From: Selaginella moellendorffii
Taxonomy: Eukaryota; Plantae; Lycopodiophyta
NCBI RefSeq assembly: GCF_000143415.4
Contig: NW_003314394.1
Span: 1 to 64,000, forward strand
Direction of reading: 5' to 3'
DNA: 64,000 bases
Positions 38,229-52,000 of the stretch are shown one piece after another. The translations under genes were made by a program, and so were the position numbers. The notes under the pieces are model-generated. The model was given only the letters and a program-made list of their open reading frames with translations. It was not told the origin of the DNA and searched no databases. Within the stretch, counting starts at the first letter, position 1. The number at the start of each line of letters is the position of its first letter.

Positions 38229-41200
38229 ATGGCACAGCCACCTTTAGCTCGACCTCAGCTCCATGTTTTGCAGAAGGGGAGTGATCTCCCGACCTTCTTG
38301 GGTGGTGGAACAGTCTCTCCAACATTGCATATCAGTCGCTTTGATTACTACTGCACCACAAACATGATCGTTGATGATGATCGTATGTGCCGCGACTTCT
38401 TGCAGTTTCTCGAATTTAAAGCAGCAACTTGGGCAGATTCTCTCCTCCCAGAGGACCGAGCAGACTTCTAGACACTACTTGCTTCATTCAGAGAACGTTT
38501 CGTTGAAGAAAACCCACAAATTGGCTACTTGTCAACCTCTTTTTGTTCCGGCAGGGTGCTTAAGAGTCTATTCCTAACTATATCACCCGGTTTCGAGCAT
38601 ATTGGAAGCAATGTTGGGATCACAGAGTGGTCCAAGATGAGCAACAGGGGATCATGGCATTCACAGTGGGTCTGCATGGGAACTTGCAGTGGAAACTTCT
38701 TAAGAAGACATTCAGGTCTTGTCGCGAAGCATTTTCATTTGCCATGAAGCTGGAAAGAGAGCTTCTTGTCGACTTGGGGATTGCTAGAGTTGATTCTGAC
38801 CAAGCTATCACCCCGTCAGAGTCACCTTGTGCAACTGTTCACTCGTCCACACCAAAGCCTGTCGCTTTTGAGCATACACCTCTGGCTATTGAGAGCTTTG
38901 CCAACGAGATGCAGCAGCTGAAGGAGATCATTCTTCAGCAACAATCACACCATGACAAACTGCTCCAGGAGCTGGTGGAGTCCAAGAAAGAGGCTGCTAC
39001 AGCCCGGGAATGCAGATTTAAGTCTCGTTTGTGCACTCACTACGAGATAAACACGCACAACACGCAGTGCTGCTTCAAACTTCACCTAGAGCTTCAGCCT
39101 CCACCTTCTCAACGTGTCCAACAATATCCCTTTACTGATAATTCCACATCGTCTCGGGGTCCAGAGATATATCAGGAGCAGTTGGAGCGACAAGCAATTG
39201 AGGCAGCTCCTTCGTCAAGTAAAGGCAAGGCACTAGCCTCATCAATCAACACGATTTTGGTAGCCGAGGAACTTTATAGGCAACAGTAGCAAACCGCAGC
39301 CACTCAAGCCCAAGTGAAGAAGAACGCAGCTGCTCAGCCCAGCATCGATCCCCCAGCATCGATTGAGAGTGAATCTCTATCGGCACCTAATCCAGTGACA
39401 CAGAGGGTGGCTTGTAAGCTCCCCTTCAAGTCACTACTCTCTTCTCCTTCTGAGATCTCACCAACAACTATTCCCGTTCTGGAGCCAGTTCTTCAACAGC
39501 TGGTTGACACTCCCGTCACCTTTTTGCTCCGAGACATGTTGTGTCTTGTCCCGGGATTCGGCCAGTGTTTAGAGGAGTTTGCATGGTCAAGCACACTAGA
39601 GAGCACTCTCAAGAGAACTCCTCAATAGGTGCACATTGTCGACATGACAAAATATGGTGGAGATCTTGGTCCATTCTTAGTCCCGTTGCAGATTGGTACT
39701 TCCTCTTGTAGGATGGATGCTTTGGTTGACTCCTGTTCTGGAAGCAACATTATCTCTTTCAAAGCTGCCCTTTCAGCATAGCTACAGATCACTGAGAGCT
39801 CCTCCATCGTGCTCAAAACCTTCACCAACCACACCATTCCTCCAGTAGGCATTTGCTGTGGTGTCAAGGTCTTAGTGCAGGGTGTTATTTCTGAGGTAGA
39901 TTTCCTCATGGTTGACTACCAACGTCTTGGAACGTCCTCTTTGAAGGACTTTATCATCCTTGGCCACTCATAGCAAGTCACAACCCATTGCACCATTGAT
40001 AGTGCACAAGGCAAGATGGAAATTAGCAATGGAACCCATAGCACCACCTTTCTCAACAACCACGGCAGAGCTCTTTGTCAGCAAGCCTAGTAGGCTCAGA
40101 CTAAGATGGCCTCCACACCACACTTCCCTCTTGAGTTCACATACATTTTTCCTGAGTTGGTGGTGGAGTCGACCATCTATATGATAGATGCTTTCTCATG
40201 CAATGCGATTGACATGGTTGGAAGTGAGTTAGATAGCTTGAGACATCTCTCAGCTTCACTCCCTTTATTTGAGAGTAAGGCCGAGCCTCTAGACACGCCC
40301 TCTTTATTTGATGGCGGGGCTTATAGAGTACAGGCCCCCATATCCAACTTTTCGAAGTGTTTCTCGATAGAGGAAGGGTTTCTCAATTTGTTTCTTGCAT
40401 GGGACCAACTCTCTCTTATGGAGCTTGATGACATAGTCACTCCAGACTAGGTCCATCTTTCACAGGACACAGCTGAACACAATCCTCCTCAGCAACTATC
40501 TGAGGTGTCACACAGCCCGCATCTTCCTACTAAAATTGCGGTAGCTAATGACTCCAAGCGTATTTTGTCATGCTGTTTCTTGGAGACAGAGGATGACATC
40601 CAGACACAAAATTGGCAGAAAGAATCAAGCCAATTGGACATGTTGCATGTGAGTTATGGCTCTTTGAGTTCAGAATTTCCTACCATGGAGCCCCCGGTAC
40701 TCCAACCACCAGAACGACAACTTCCTTTCAAAATTTACATCACGATGGGCACAGATGCTTTTAGATTATGCCTTTTCCAATGTTCATAGCCTAGCAAGCC
40801 ACCACATGCAACATATTATGCCTCACATTCATTCAAGGAGACTGGAAAGAAGTATGTGGATGCAGAAAAAGAAGCGGTGGCTGTTGTTTATTCCTTGGAG
40901 CGATTTCATCACTTTCTCGCTGGAGCCTATATCCATTTCCATGTCTGTTTTACTGTGCTAACCTTTCTTTTACAGCAGCTAGTTCACAATCCTTGTACTT
41001 TATCTTGGATTGTGACCATCCAAGAGTTCCAGCCAACTTTTCACATGCAACATCTTCTCCAATGGCTGTAGATGAAGCACGTGAAGAGCAGCAGCTATTA
41101 TCCTGAGTGCAATGGCCAGGTGGAGTCTAGCAACAAGATATTGAAGACAGTCATCTCAAAGCTTGTGGAGGATCACCCGAGGCGTTGGCACGAACACTTG

Positions 41201-41605
41201 GTTACGGCATTGTGGGCTTTTCGGACGTCCTTCAAGACATCCATCTCCATGACCCCATTCTCCCTTGTCTATGGGACAGAGGCCATGCTTCCAGTGGAGA
41301 TCCAAGTGCCATTACTCTCACTCTCACTTTGATACGCAGCAGTGATGCAGCTTAGCGATGAGGACAAACTTTATGCACGTGACTTGGAGGTTCTTGCCTT
41401 GGAAGAACAGCAACGATCCATGACTAAACATCTCCTTCAAGGCAAGTAGAAGATCAAGTCCATCATTGATCACCAGCAGCCTACTGAACCATTTGAGGAT
41501 GGCAATCTTGTTCTACTCAAGGAATTTACGCCACCTTTGAAGTTCTCCCCTCGCTGGACCGGCCCCTACTCTATCCAGCAACACATCGGGGGCGGAGCAT
41601 ATGAG
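38229..41605 (+). mobile_element. Non-chromovirus (Tat/Athila-like) Ty3/gypsy relic: gag, protease, RNase H, integrase C-half; no RT seen
   Basis: Gag-like 38229-39289, DALVDSCSGSNII protease (~39715), AEKEAVAVVYSLERFHHFLAG RNase H, SSYYPECNGQVESSNK...LWAFRT...TPFSLVYGTEAMLPVE integrase, KFSPRWTGPY. Confidence 0.85.
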
Positions 41606-42447
41606 GTGGTGGGAGTGGTGGGGGAGAGTAGGGGGGAGGGGGGTGTTGTAGTTGCGGGAGGGCATGAGGAGGGGAGAGGGCAGACCTTGACATTGGTGCA
41701 GGATGATGGGTGCTTGCTTTCACTCCTTTTCATACTCCTGTGCTGGCGCTGGTGAGGTGAGCTGTGGACTTGTCTTTTTTTGGCATGGGATGGAATTTTT
41801 ATCGTCGGAGGCTTGTGGATGGTGACCGGGGTACGTGGCACTCCCCTGGGGGTGGCATGTGTTAGCGTGGGGTGTGTGGCCCACAAATGTGACTGGCAAT
41901 TAGATTTTGCTGATGTCCTTGATCCTTGGCTATTGTGCACAGGAATGTCTCGATTCTAAGGGGACGTTGTTAATGATTGGCTACTCAAGGGAGGCGCATA
42001 GTGACTCTCGAGGTACTTAAAATTGTGGGGGCTTAAATGCTCCAATCTATCCTTTGAGCATGATGGTGCCACCATTTGTCTAAGCCGTCCAATGGTGTGA
42101 GAAGTGATCGTGGCCATCTGCAAGATTTTGGTATGATCGCTCCCTTGTGTCGGATCTTGGGCTGTAAAGGCATGGATCTGGGCTGACTGTGAGTTGAAAT
42201 TGCGGGCTGTAGCGCTTACGCGTGGTCCGATTAGTGATCCAACCCGTCTGATGTGAGTGCAAGGCGCCGGTACAGTACTTCTGGCTTGGGCATGCTCTCC
42301 AGCTCTTGTTGAGTGTTGGATGTCTTGGGCACCAATCCTGGCTGTTCCCGGGAGAAGGTTTATATAGATCACAACACTCTAAGGAAAACCTTATATTATT
42401 CCCAAGACCCCAAAGTTGTCCCCTTATTTATCCTCTTTCTATCCACA

Positions 42448-43157
42448 TGTAAGGAATCAACTCCCCAAGGTGTTGTAAGCTAAAGGATCCCTGAAAGCAC
42501 AACCAAAATGATAAAGATTTCATTAAATGAGATTGAGTCCGAAATCGAGTCCGAGACCAAGTTCGAGACCAAGTTTGAGATCGAGTTCAAGATCAACTTT
42601 GAGACCAAGTTCGAGACCGAGTCCAAGACTGAGTTCGAGACTAAGTCCGAGATTTGAGATTGGGTCTAAGACTATCGAGTCTGAGACAGAGTCCGAGGTC
42701 GGGTCCGAGATCGAGTTTGAAACCGAGTTCAAGACTGAGTCCGAGGTTGAGTTTGAGATTGAGTCTGAAAGTGAGTCTGAGGCCGAGTCCAAATACTAAC
42801 ACAAGTCATGGGGTGAAAGCCCAAAGCGTGTGTCTCGAAGGGGGGAAGGCGGGGGGGGGATGGGGTTGAAGGGGTTCCAAAAATATAGTAGGGATAGTGA
42901 GGTCTAGGAATCAATCTTGAAGGAACTCTTCAATGGTGCTTCCAAACTGACTTGAGGTTGAGGCTGGGGCTTAAGGGCCTTGGGTGGGAGTGAGCATGGA
43001 CTCGGGTGGTGCTAAAAGGGCCACCCAAAAAAGTGCTCAAGAGCATGGAAGGGAAACTAACTATAGTGCTCCCGACTCATGTGGAGTGGTGCCCCATTTG
43101 AGTACTTTTGCAACTCATTGGTCCTCACCCTTCCTAAGGGCTTGGGCCTTTCCTTTG
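42448..43157 (+). mobile_element. Truncated/solo LTR of the 26494-33838 chromovirus family
   Basis: Starts TGTAAGGAATCAACTCCCC and is colinear with 26494-27107 until ~43157. Confidence 0.92.
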
Positions 43158-43285
43158 TTTGATTGCATTAATATACAAGGAGTAGAGCCTCATGAGGCCT
43201 AAAAATCACCAAGGCATAAGTGCACTAAGGCATAGGTGTGGGGGAGGTAAAGGCATACCGAGACTGGTGAAGCCAGTGTTGAGGG

Positions 43286-43771
43286 AAAATCTTGGAGACA
43301 GGTGGGATGAACCTCAGCAAATCATAGTAGCAAGGCTACTTTGCCACTTACAATACCCTGTCCCTTATTTAAGTCGTCTGCAAAGAATTTATCTCTGAAG
43401 CCGTTCAGTTTGTATTTACCGGTCCAACACAAGCGGCAAGGTCAACCGCAAGCACATGCACAGGTCCTCGGGGGTGCACGTGCCACCCCTTTCCAAGATC
43501 AAGTAACAACGCGTGAGGTAGATAGTGCCACATCTAGCACAGATTCTGACTTAGAGGTGTTCAGTCATAATCCCACGCATGGTAGCTTTGTGCCACTGGC
43601 TTTTCAACCAAGCGCAATGACCAATTGTGTGAATCAACGGTTCCTCTTGTATTAAGTTGAATTATTATTGTGACACAAGGCATCAGTAGGGTAAAACTAA
43701 ACTCATGACAGTCTAAACCCAGCTCAAGTTCCCTATTGGTGGGTGAACAATCCAACACTTGGTGAATTCTA

Positions 43772-43814
<43 letters not shown>

Positions 43815-43837
43815 AACATTGCTATGAACGCTTGGCT

Positions 43838-43869
<32 letters not shown>

Positions 43870-44242
43870 TTGACACCTCTAGCTTCAAACCCAGAAATAC
43901 TAAAGGATCAATAGGCCATGTTTTCACAGTTTGTATCCGTACTAAAGATCAAAATCAAATGAGCTTTTACCCTTCTATTCCACACGAGATTTCTATTCTC
44001 ATTGAGCTCATCTTAGAACACCTACATTATCTTTTAACAGATGTACCACCCCAGCCACTTGACAATGTCATCCGCCTAGATCAGCCAACAAGTTGCCCGC
44101 CTTAAAACTAGAAGAAGGGGCAAAGCCCTGTCTCCACCTCACAGAGTAAGTAAAATAACATTAAAAGTAGTGGTATTTCACTTGTGCTGAAACTCCCACT
44201 TATGCTACAGCTCTCAAGTCATTTCACAAAGTCAAACTAGAG
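43286..44242 (-). rRNA. 25S/28S LSU rRNA pseudogene, 3'-terminal ~960 nt
   Basis: Reverse complements of conserved LSU motifs: TTTAAGTCGTCTGCAAAG, GTTCCCTATTGGTGGGTGAACAATCCAACACTTGG, GAGCCGACATCGAAGGATCAAAAAGC, GCCAGTTATCCCTGTGGTAACTT. Many C>T/G>A changes. Confidence 0.96.
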
Positions 44243-45169
44243 GGACTAGAGGAGAGAATGAAAACCCTAGCAGCACAGTGCCTTCTCTCTGAGCACCCAC
44301 TTCTCTCATGCCCACGGCACCCAAGCACGCTCCTATCCTCGGCACCATGGATTTGCAGTTGAGCGCCTCGCTGTTCGGTGGGTTCTGGGCACATCCGGTA
44401 CACGCTTGGCGATCTCATTGGTGGAAGTGCCAGGATCCCGGTTCTTCCTAGCTCCCCCCCTGTCCGACGCAGTCACCACAAGCATGCTCTTGATCACTCT
44501 CTCCTTCGCCACTTTCATTGGATCTACACTGGGTCCCCCTGATTCAAGCTTGCTCCACCCAACAATTGGTCCATGTGGATCCATTTGGGTAGTGAAGGGA
44601 TCGTCTCAGGACCGATAGGATTGATGGCCGCACAGCCCAAAATCCTCTTCGCACACCTGCAAGGTTAAAAGAGGACTTCGGTGGGGAACCAGCGAGAGTT
44701 CCCCTCTCCTCCCCCCACACATCACAAAAAAAGAAGAAAACGCACCAAGCTGGATCAAGGGAAGGATGCTCCAAGCACTAAAAGGGGATAGAAGCACAAG
44801 AGAAGCAAATTGAGCATGTACTGCCACTTACCCTCTACCTCTTGAACATGAGCACCCTCAACAAGCACATCCAAAGGAGCTGGAGCAAAGAACATCCCCA
44901 AGCCACGAACATGCTTGGTTTCTTCCTTGCGCACCTCTTCATTTCAGCACCATGGTTGTGAACACGAAGTGTGGATGGATAAGCAACTCCCCCATCTCCT
45001 CACGCAGCAGAACGCAACGATATGGCCTTCGATCCAACATCCTATTGCCAATACGCTTCTCACCGAGCCATGAATCCAAGCGACAGAAGATCCCAGGGGG
45101 AGAACTCCATGCTGATCTAGCCACCCAAAAATCAGCTAACTTAGTAAATTGGCTGATGTGGTTGTGGTA

Positions 45170-46600
45170 AACAACTATTGTTACAATCACAATATAGATA
45201 AAGACTCCAAGACAATAAAGGAGTCTCAAGATTATCCTCATATAGTTGAGGATGGTGCTAATGAATTTGATATTAGAGTTAACAACTGTGGGAAGTCAAA
45301 TATAGATGAGGACATATATTCTTGAAATAGTAGCTTGGGCTACCTTTAATAAAAGTTTGAATAACTCAAGGAATTGGGGGGTGTATTTAAAGAATGAATT
45401 GGTGTTCTCATCATATGAAAAGATAGTTTTAAGAGGTGAAAATAGCCCACATAGAACAAAGGATAATCAAGTGTCAGAGTAATATTTGTAAAGGTGGTCT
45501 TTGTGAATATGATACAAATACAAGAAGTTGTATTCAAGTGTGATGGCATCTCAAAAAGTAGCCAAGAGGATAAAACTTTATATAATGATGGATTAGTGAA
45601 ATCCAAAAGCTAGATGTAGAGTCAAGGGATGGTCCCAAAGGCTTGGAAGGATTTTATTTGGACAAAAGTGTGTTGTACCTTACAAAGGACTAGGAAGAAC
45701 ATGAAATTTAAGTATGAGAACAATTGGTATTTTATTGATGGCAAAATGTGCCATACTAAAGTTGTGGAAAGGCATTCATGGAAGAAAACAACTTTGGTGA
45801 GGAGTTATATATGAACATTATTTTGAGTGTTAATCGATAATTTACCATTGTTTTGGAAAAAACTTAGATACAAGTGGGAAGTGTCGTAAAGGTAAGCTTA
45901 TAAAGCTAATGGTGTGAAAACACCAAATGTTCCAAGGTGTGATGTTTTGAGGTTGAGTTAGTTGGTTCATAAGAACCCCTTGCCAAATGAATCTCTATGG
46001 AAATGGGATGGGCATAGCCTAAGCTAGAAGGCATACAATTTGAGTGCATTACCCAAATAATGATGGAGGTGTGAAAGTATCAGTAATGAGTTGTACGACT
46101 TGATGATTATGAAGCAACTAAGCAAATGGTATGATATAATTAATTGGATTGGTAAAAGTTAACTTCCAGAGACTTTTTATTGGGATAAAGAGGTTAAATA
46201 TATCCCTTAGGGGATAAATTATTTATGTAGTGATGTAGTGAATCAATGTGAAATGCTCATTGTCAAAGAAGGTCATCATTAGGAAGTGGTGTTTAGTATC
46301 ATGAGGGCATTAGATAAGGCCCAAGGAATTAAGTCTTTAGCAAAAAAAATGGATAGGAGGTGTTATCTAACGTCTAAAGTTGTAAAGATAGGATAAGTCT
46401 GTTTATTCGAATTAGATAAAGCTAAAAAGATTTTTGGCAAAGCTAGTGACAGGCATACAAAGCCCATGAGTAACAATGTTAACTCTGAGCTTTATCCAAT
46501 TCTAATAGATAGACTTATTAGACTTGGCCAAGTGAGGAATCTCCATACAAACGGCAATGCAACTTGAGCACGAAATCCAAGGGATGGGCCATAGTCTAAT
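45170..46600 (+). mobile_element. AT-rich decayed gypsy RNase H/integrase-like relic nested in the LINE 5' region
   Basis: Abrupt compositional shift at both ends. KDNQVSE (GKDNQVAD-like, ~45460) and GFYLDKSVLY (~45650) remnants. Confidence 0.45.
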
Positions 46601-46911
46601 GGGCTCTGAAAGTAAGAAAAAGAGTCATAAAAGTAAAGTGAAAGAAAGGAAGAAAAAGAAGAGAAGAGGAATGCCTCACCGGATGAAGCGTTTAAGGTGA
46701 GAGTGGTTGTGAGCGTGTGGGAGCTCACATCCCTTAGCATCAACTAGCACATCCTTGCTGACGCCCCCCATCCCCCCCCCCCCCCCCCACTCTCCAATTT
46801 TCCCCCCAGCAAAATCTTCTTTCACTACAGTGCCTCCCTCCCCCCGCACCACTGCCCCTAGTCATTTTTTGGACACAGGAATCTTGCTTGTCCTCTTCGG
46901 CGCGGAGTCAA

Positions 46912-49045
46912 TGGAACATGCCAAGAACAAAGCACACATGTAAACGTGGGATCCTCATGGATGAGGAGGGACACTCGGCAGGGGACATGATCACTCATGC
47001 CCCTCTCACGGCGCACCCGGCGTACCCAGACACAATCCAGAACCTGATAGAGGACGAGGAACCACCTGAAGCAGTACCCGCCCCACGCTTGGCAACAAAG
47101 AACATGGGGATGAAGCTATCCATCAAGCTCAAACAACATCCCTTGCCACCACCAAAGCCTGATGCCCCCCTCGTGGAGAAGGAACCAGACACGGCGCAAC
47201 CAACAAGCAATCCAACTCCCTCCCCAGCATTTTTAGCGGACACTGTCAAAGTTCCAAGGAAAAAGCCAATGGCAAAGAACCTCAGAAAGCCAAAAGGAGG
47301 AACTGCCGCATCCTCATCCAGACAAGCCCCGGCCACGAGGTCCATAGCCACACCACCAATGGCCAAGGCCCCTCCCCTCCTCCTGGCACTGGAAGGCCTT
47401 AGCACCTATGGGGACGAAGGCGCTGACGAGACCCAAGGACAACCTTTGGACTCACACGCCCCCTCCCCAACGGGCAGCGACCTCATCCTGAACACGCAGC
47501 AGAGGGACCAAGTCATTCAGGCCCTGCTGGGAGAACAAAGCACCGACGGTGCACATCACGGCTCACAAACCCCAAAGGGATCCGCACAGCTCACTGCTCT
47601 AGTGCCACGCCTCTCCATTGGCACCAGCTCCGGTCCAACTCCTCCAACCATCCCGGTAGTCAAGCTCTCCCCTGGCCGGGACAGTCCATGACCAACGGAG
47701 CACGTACCAGCCTCATTGCCACAGCTTGCAAAAATGAAGGAATTAGAGGTGCTGTATCTGGGCTGGATGCGCGTGGAGGAACTACATGTTGAAGTTGACA
47801 AGGCAGCTTCCAACCGCTCCAATGCAGCGCCCACCCTGTCAAATGTCACGGTCCCAATTCCTGGGGAGATCTAAGTCGAAGCCAATGAGATCCTCATGGA
47901 ACTACAACAACGCCAAGTCCTCGAAGCCAAGACACTCGTCCTTGCGATCTTCAAAGGGGGCAAACCAGATCGGGAGCTAGCCATGCAGTGGTTGGACGAA
48001 TGTTTCCAGGAGGTAGGAGTTGCTTTTCGGGGCCGCTAGGTCACCTTTCTCAGCCGCAACTGTTACAGCATCGAAGTCTACACCGAGACAAATCACCACA
48101 CACTCATCACTAGACAACGAATCACACGGCCAACATACAAGTGCTTCTTCTACCGCTACCCGCTGGAAGTCAAAAGGAGACGATCCACCGGCCGACAATG
48201 GAACTAGACCTCATCATCGATGACCCCTCCGAAACCAACAACACCCCGGTGTTTCTGGCCATGATGGTTGAAGGGTTTGCGCAGTACCTGGGAAAAAAGG
48301 CCACTCAGGAGGAATCAGGTGGACAACTCATCCATGTCCTATTCATAGGTAAAGCTCCCATCTCCTACAAGATTCAGATGCTTGGCAAGGTCTACCTAGT
48401 CCACATTATGGACTCTCATACAACGCCCATGACCGCACCAGAGCCATCTGGACACGTTGAGAGCCGCAAGCGCAAATGAAGCCTGGCCACACGGACTGGA
48501 ACCTCGAGGAGACCACCCGGCCGAGACTAAGTGCACCACACCAGGCGTTCACAGGGCTGGAGAGCTTCCCCAATTGCTCCTCAAGATGGGGAGCCGATCC
48601 ACTAGCCCAACATTTGCCCTCTCCAACCCAACCTCAACTGGAACAGTTTCGGGAAGTGTACACCCAATCCCATGCCAAGGAATCTGCCTCCAGGTCCTCT
48701 CAGCGCCTACAGGTCCGTCTCTAGATGCATGTCAGCACCTCACGACCGAGGAGGTACCTGCCGATGTGGCATGGCTCGCCCATAGGGTACACTTTGCCAT
48801 CTTTCCATATGGCACGGAATCAGCTCCCGGACCAGGGCCTTCAAGCCTTTTTTCAGGCCTCTGAAATCATCAACGACATCCAGTACCGGGTGAAAGTGGA
48901 CAAATGCACCATAGTGGGCAGCAACATGCACCTGTATGCAGCCCTCCTCACCAAAAGTGGCATCATCCCTGTGAGAAGAAGGAGAGATCGCGAATTCTCG
49001 TGGGTGGAATGCAATCGAATCTCCATCAACAACGATAATGACTGA
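46912..49045 (+). pseudogene. LINE ORF1 (Pro/Ala/Ser-rich N-terminus), frameshifted
   Basis: Chain of same-strand ORFs (46888-47691, 48141-48479, 48457-48864, 48725-49045) ending in a TGA that overlaps the ORF2 start (ATG 49038). Standard L1 layout. Confidence 0.7.
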
Positions 49046-52000
49046 GCTACACACACTGTCATGGAATGTAGGAGGCATTAGTAGAGAGGGTGTGATATGG
49101 AGAGACAAGAAGGCAAAACTGAGACAGCACATTCGCCAACTAGAAGGAGTGTTTGGTTCTTGTGATTTCCTTTGCTTCCAGGAGCATCGAATAAAAGAAC
49201 ACCACCCGGTGTCCAAACTGTCCCTGGGAGAACACTACTGGAATCCAGCAAGGAATGGAAAAAGAGGAACATTGATCATTGCCAAAGGACCCTTACAATC
49301 CCTCTGTGACTCTCATCAGATCCTAATCCCAAGGCGTGCACATGTGGTCACCTTCAAGATACACATGTGAACCATAGGCCTATTGAACATATACGTCCTG
49401 GCCTCAAACTCAACCAGCCGTGCACACTTTCTCCGAAAGCTCACGCACAGACTCCCACTAGGAATTGACGACTGGTTACTCATAGGCGATCTCAACTTTG
49501 TTGATCACAAAGCAGATAAAGAGGGGGGAATTCTCACGGATCACTGTACCCGAGCAAAGCGGCTTGCATGGAACTCCCTTCTGCTACACCTCGGAACATG
49601 TGACGCATATGAAATCCCAAGCTTTGCCGTCCACGAACCCCAATTCACTTGGCAAGAGCGCCAGCGCAGGTGCATCCAAAGGCAACTGGACCGATTCTAC
49701 CTCACCATGGAACTGTGCATGCAAGGTGGAAAGCTGGACATAGATACCTCATACCCAGAATTCTCATACCACTGTCCCATACGACTCATACTCCCACTTC
49801 AGAGATCGCTAGGACCCAAGAAACCTAGTGCCATACCCAGGAAGTTCTTCATGGACCCAGCCAACAACCTCTGACTACAAGAAAAATGGAAAAATTACAA
49901 TGGGGACTTGCATTCCTTCACGTTGTGACAAGTTGAGGAAATCCGAGCCAAAATACAAAAGGATAGACGAGGAGTCTTCAACACATGCAGACAGTCCTGA
50001 ACTCAATCAACACAGGCCTCCAAGACAACCCCGATGACCCCTGGCTACAAGCCCAAAAGATCCAAGTCAAGCACCAACTTGACAAAATTGAAGCTGATAA
50101 AATGGAAGCATTCTTGCAAGCTGGACACATCCATTGGCATGCTAGCGAATTTTCACTTAACAGAGAGTTCTACCAGTCCATAAAACCCAAGATAATCTCA
50201 CCCCCAATGTTCGGACTCAAGGATGAACACGGCCACATTTTCACCGGCCTTGACGACATGCACGCCATGGCCGAACAATACTATACCCAGCTCTTCACTA
50301 CTGAACCCTAGAGCAAGGATCGCCAGACCAAATTGAATTAGGTGTTGGACCACATCCCACAGAAGTACACCCCGACTATGTGCTCCAAGCTCACTAAACC
50401 CTTCACAATAAGCGAACTGTGGGATGGCCTTCATGATCTCAAAGACAACAAGATGCCAAGAGAAGATGGCATGCCACCGGCGTTCAACAAAACCAACTGG
50501 GACTAGCTAGGTCCAGCAGTCCTCAAGATGTGGGAAGAGGTCCTGATCATTGGACAATGGCCACCCAGTGCCACTGATGGCCTCATAGTGCTCATCCCAA
50601 AAAAGGGAGGAGACATGTCCCTTCTTAAGAACTAGCGCCCCATATCAATGTTGAACACAATGTACAAGATCATAGCCAAGGCATTGGCCTCCCAAATCAA
50701 ACCATTGCTCCCAGAGACAATCAAGGAGACACAGAACGGGTTTGTGGATGACAGGCAGATCATGGACAACCTCCTAACACTCCTACTAGCACAAGAACAC
50801 ACAAAAGACAAATTAGGCCAAATTGCTATCATACTGCTGGAATTCGAAAAGGCCTACAACCGAGTTGATTGGACAGTCCTCCAAGCCATAATGAGCAAGA
50901 TAGGGATCCCACAGGCATACATCAGCTGGACAGCATCCCTATACCACTCTGCATCTAGCCACGTCACCATCAACGGCACTCTTGGCCAATCGTTTAAGCT
51001 TCAAAGATCTGTGTGCCAAGGCTGCCCCCTTGCCCCATACCTCTTCTTATTTGTGGCAGATGCACTGGCATACTACCTCGCCTGACCTGGAGGTCCAAAA
51101 GGGATGTCTCTCCCCAGCTGCCAAAAATCACTATAGGACATGACGCCAGCAACCAACGAGGATCTTCTCTCCTCAACATTCACGGACGACATAGGGATCA
51201 TAGCAGATGGCTCACCAGCAAATCTATCACGCCTCAAGCAAGACCTTGACCATTGCAACGAAGGAATGGGATCAAAAGTGAACTGGTCCAAATCCGTGGG
51301 ACTATGGCTACCATAGGACCAACCGCCCACATGGGGAACTAAACTAGGCTTCAAGTGGGTACATCTAGGAGAAACCACTCGGATACCTTGGTTTCCAGAT
51401 AGGGCACCACTATGATCTAGAACCCCAGAACCGCAAAGCTGTCACAAAACTACAGGACCAACTCAAATTCTGGGCAAGCAGGAAATTGTTCTTCTCAGCA
51501 CACTGCATTGTCGCTAACAACATCCTACTCGGTGCAATCTGGTTCCTTGCGTCCTACTAGAACCTAGACCAAAGGACAATCCGAGAGATGAACCAATTGA
51601 TCAGAACATATGTGTGGAAAGGTTCATCCTGTGTCTCACGAGGCAGTGCCAAAGTGGACTAGCACTCGGTCACACTACCCAAGCACAAAGGGGGATTGAA
51701 TACAATAGACATTGAGGAACAATGCAAGGCCCTTCTTTTCAAGATCTTCATGAGGATGCTCATGCCAGGAAACCTGGAGACTACTACTACGGCACCAGTT
51801 CCTCAAGATCCTCCCAAATCGCCAAGAACACATGTGGCAAGACTGGGCCCCAGACGAGCAGTGGATGTTCTCAGATGCCAAACTCAAAATGCTAGGTGCC
51901 AACACCTTCACCAGAAAACTCTTCAAGATCTGGTCCCAACTCAAATCTAGGCTGCAACGCAAGCCACCATGAACCAAGGAATAACTGGACTGCCAACCAA

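Noticed and set aside
41600-42360. GC-rich - strand ORFs resembling LINE ORF1 composition
   Set aside because: No diagnostic motif and no clear match to the 46912-49045 ORF1 by eye.
43341-44105. ORFs 43341-43655 and 43743-44105 (MIGRADIEGSKS...)
   Set aside because: Well-known spurious antisense translations of LSU rRNA.
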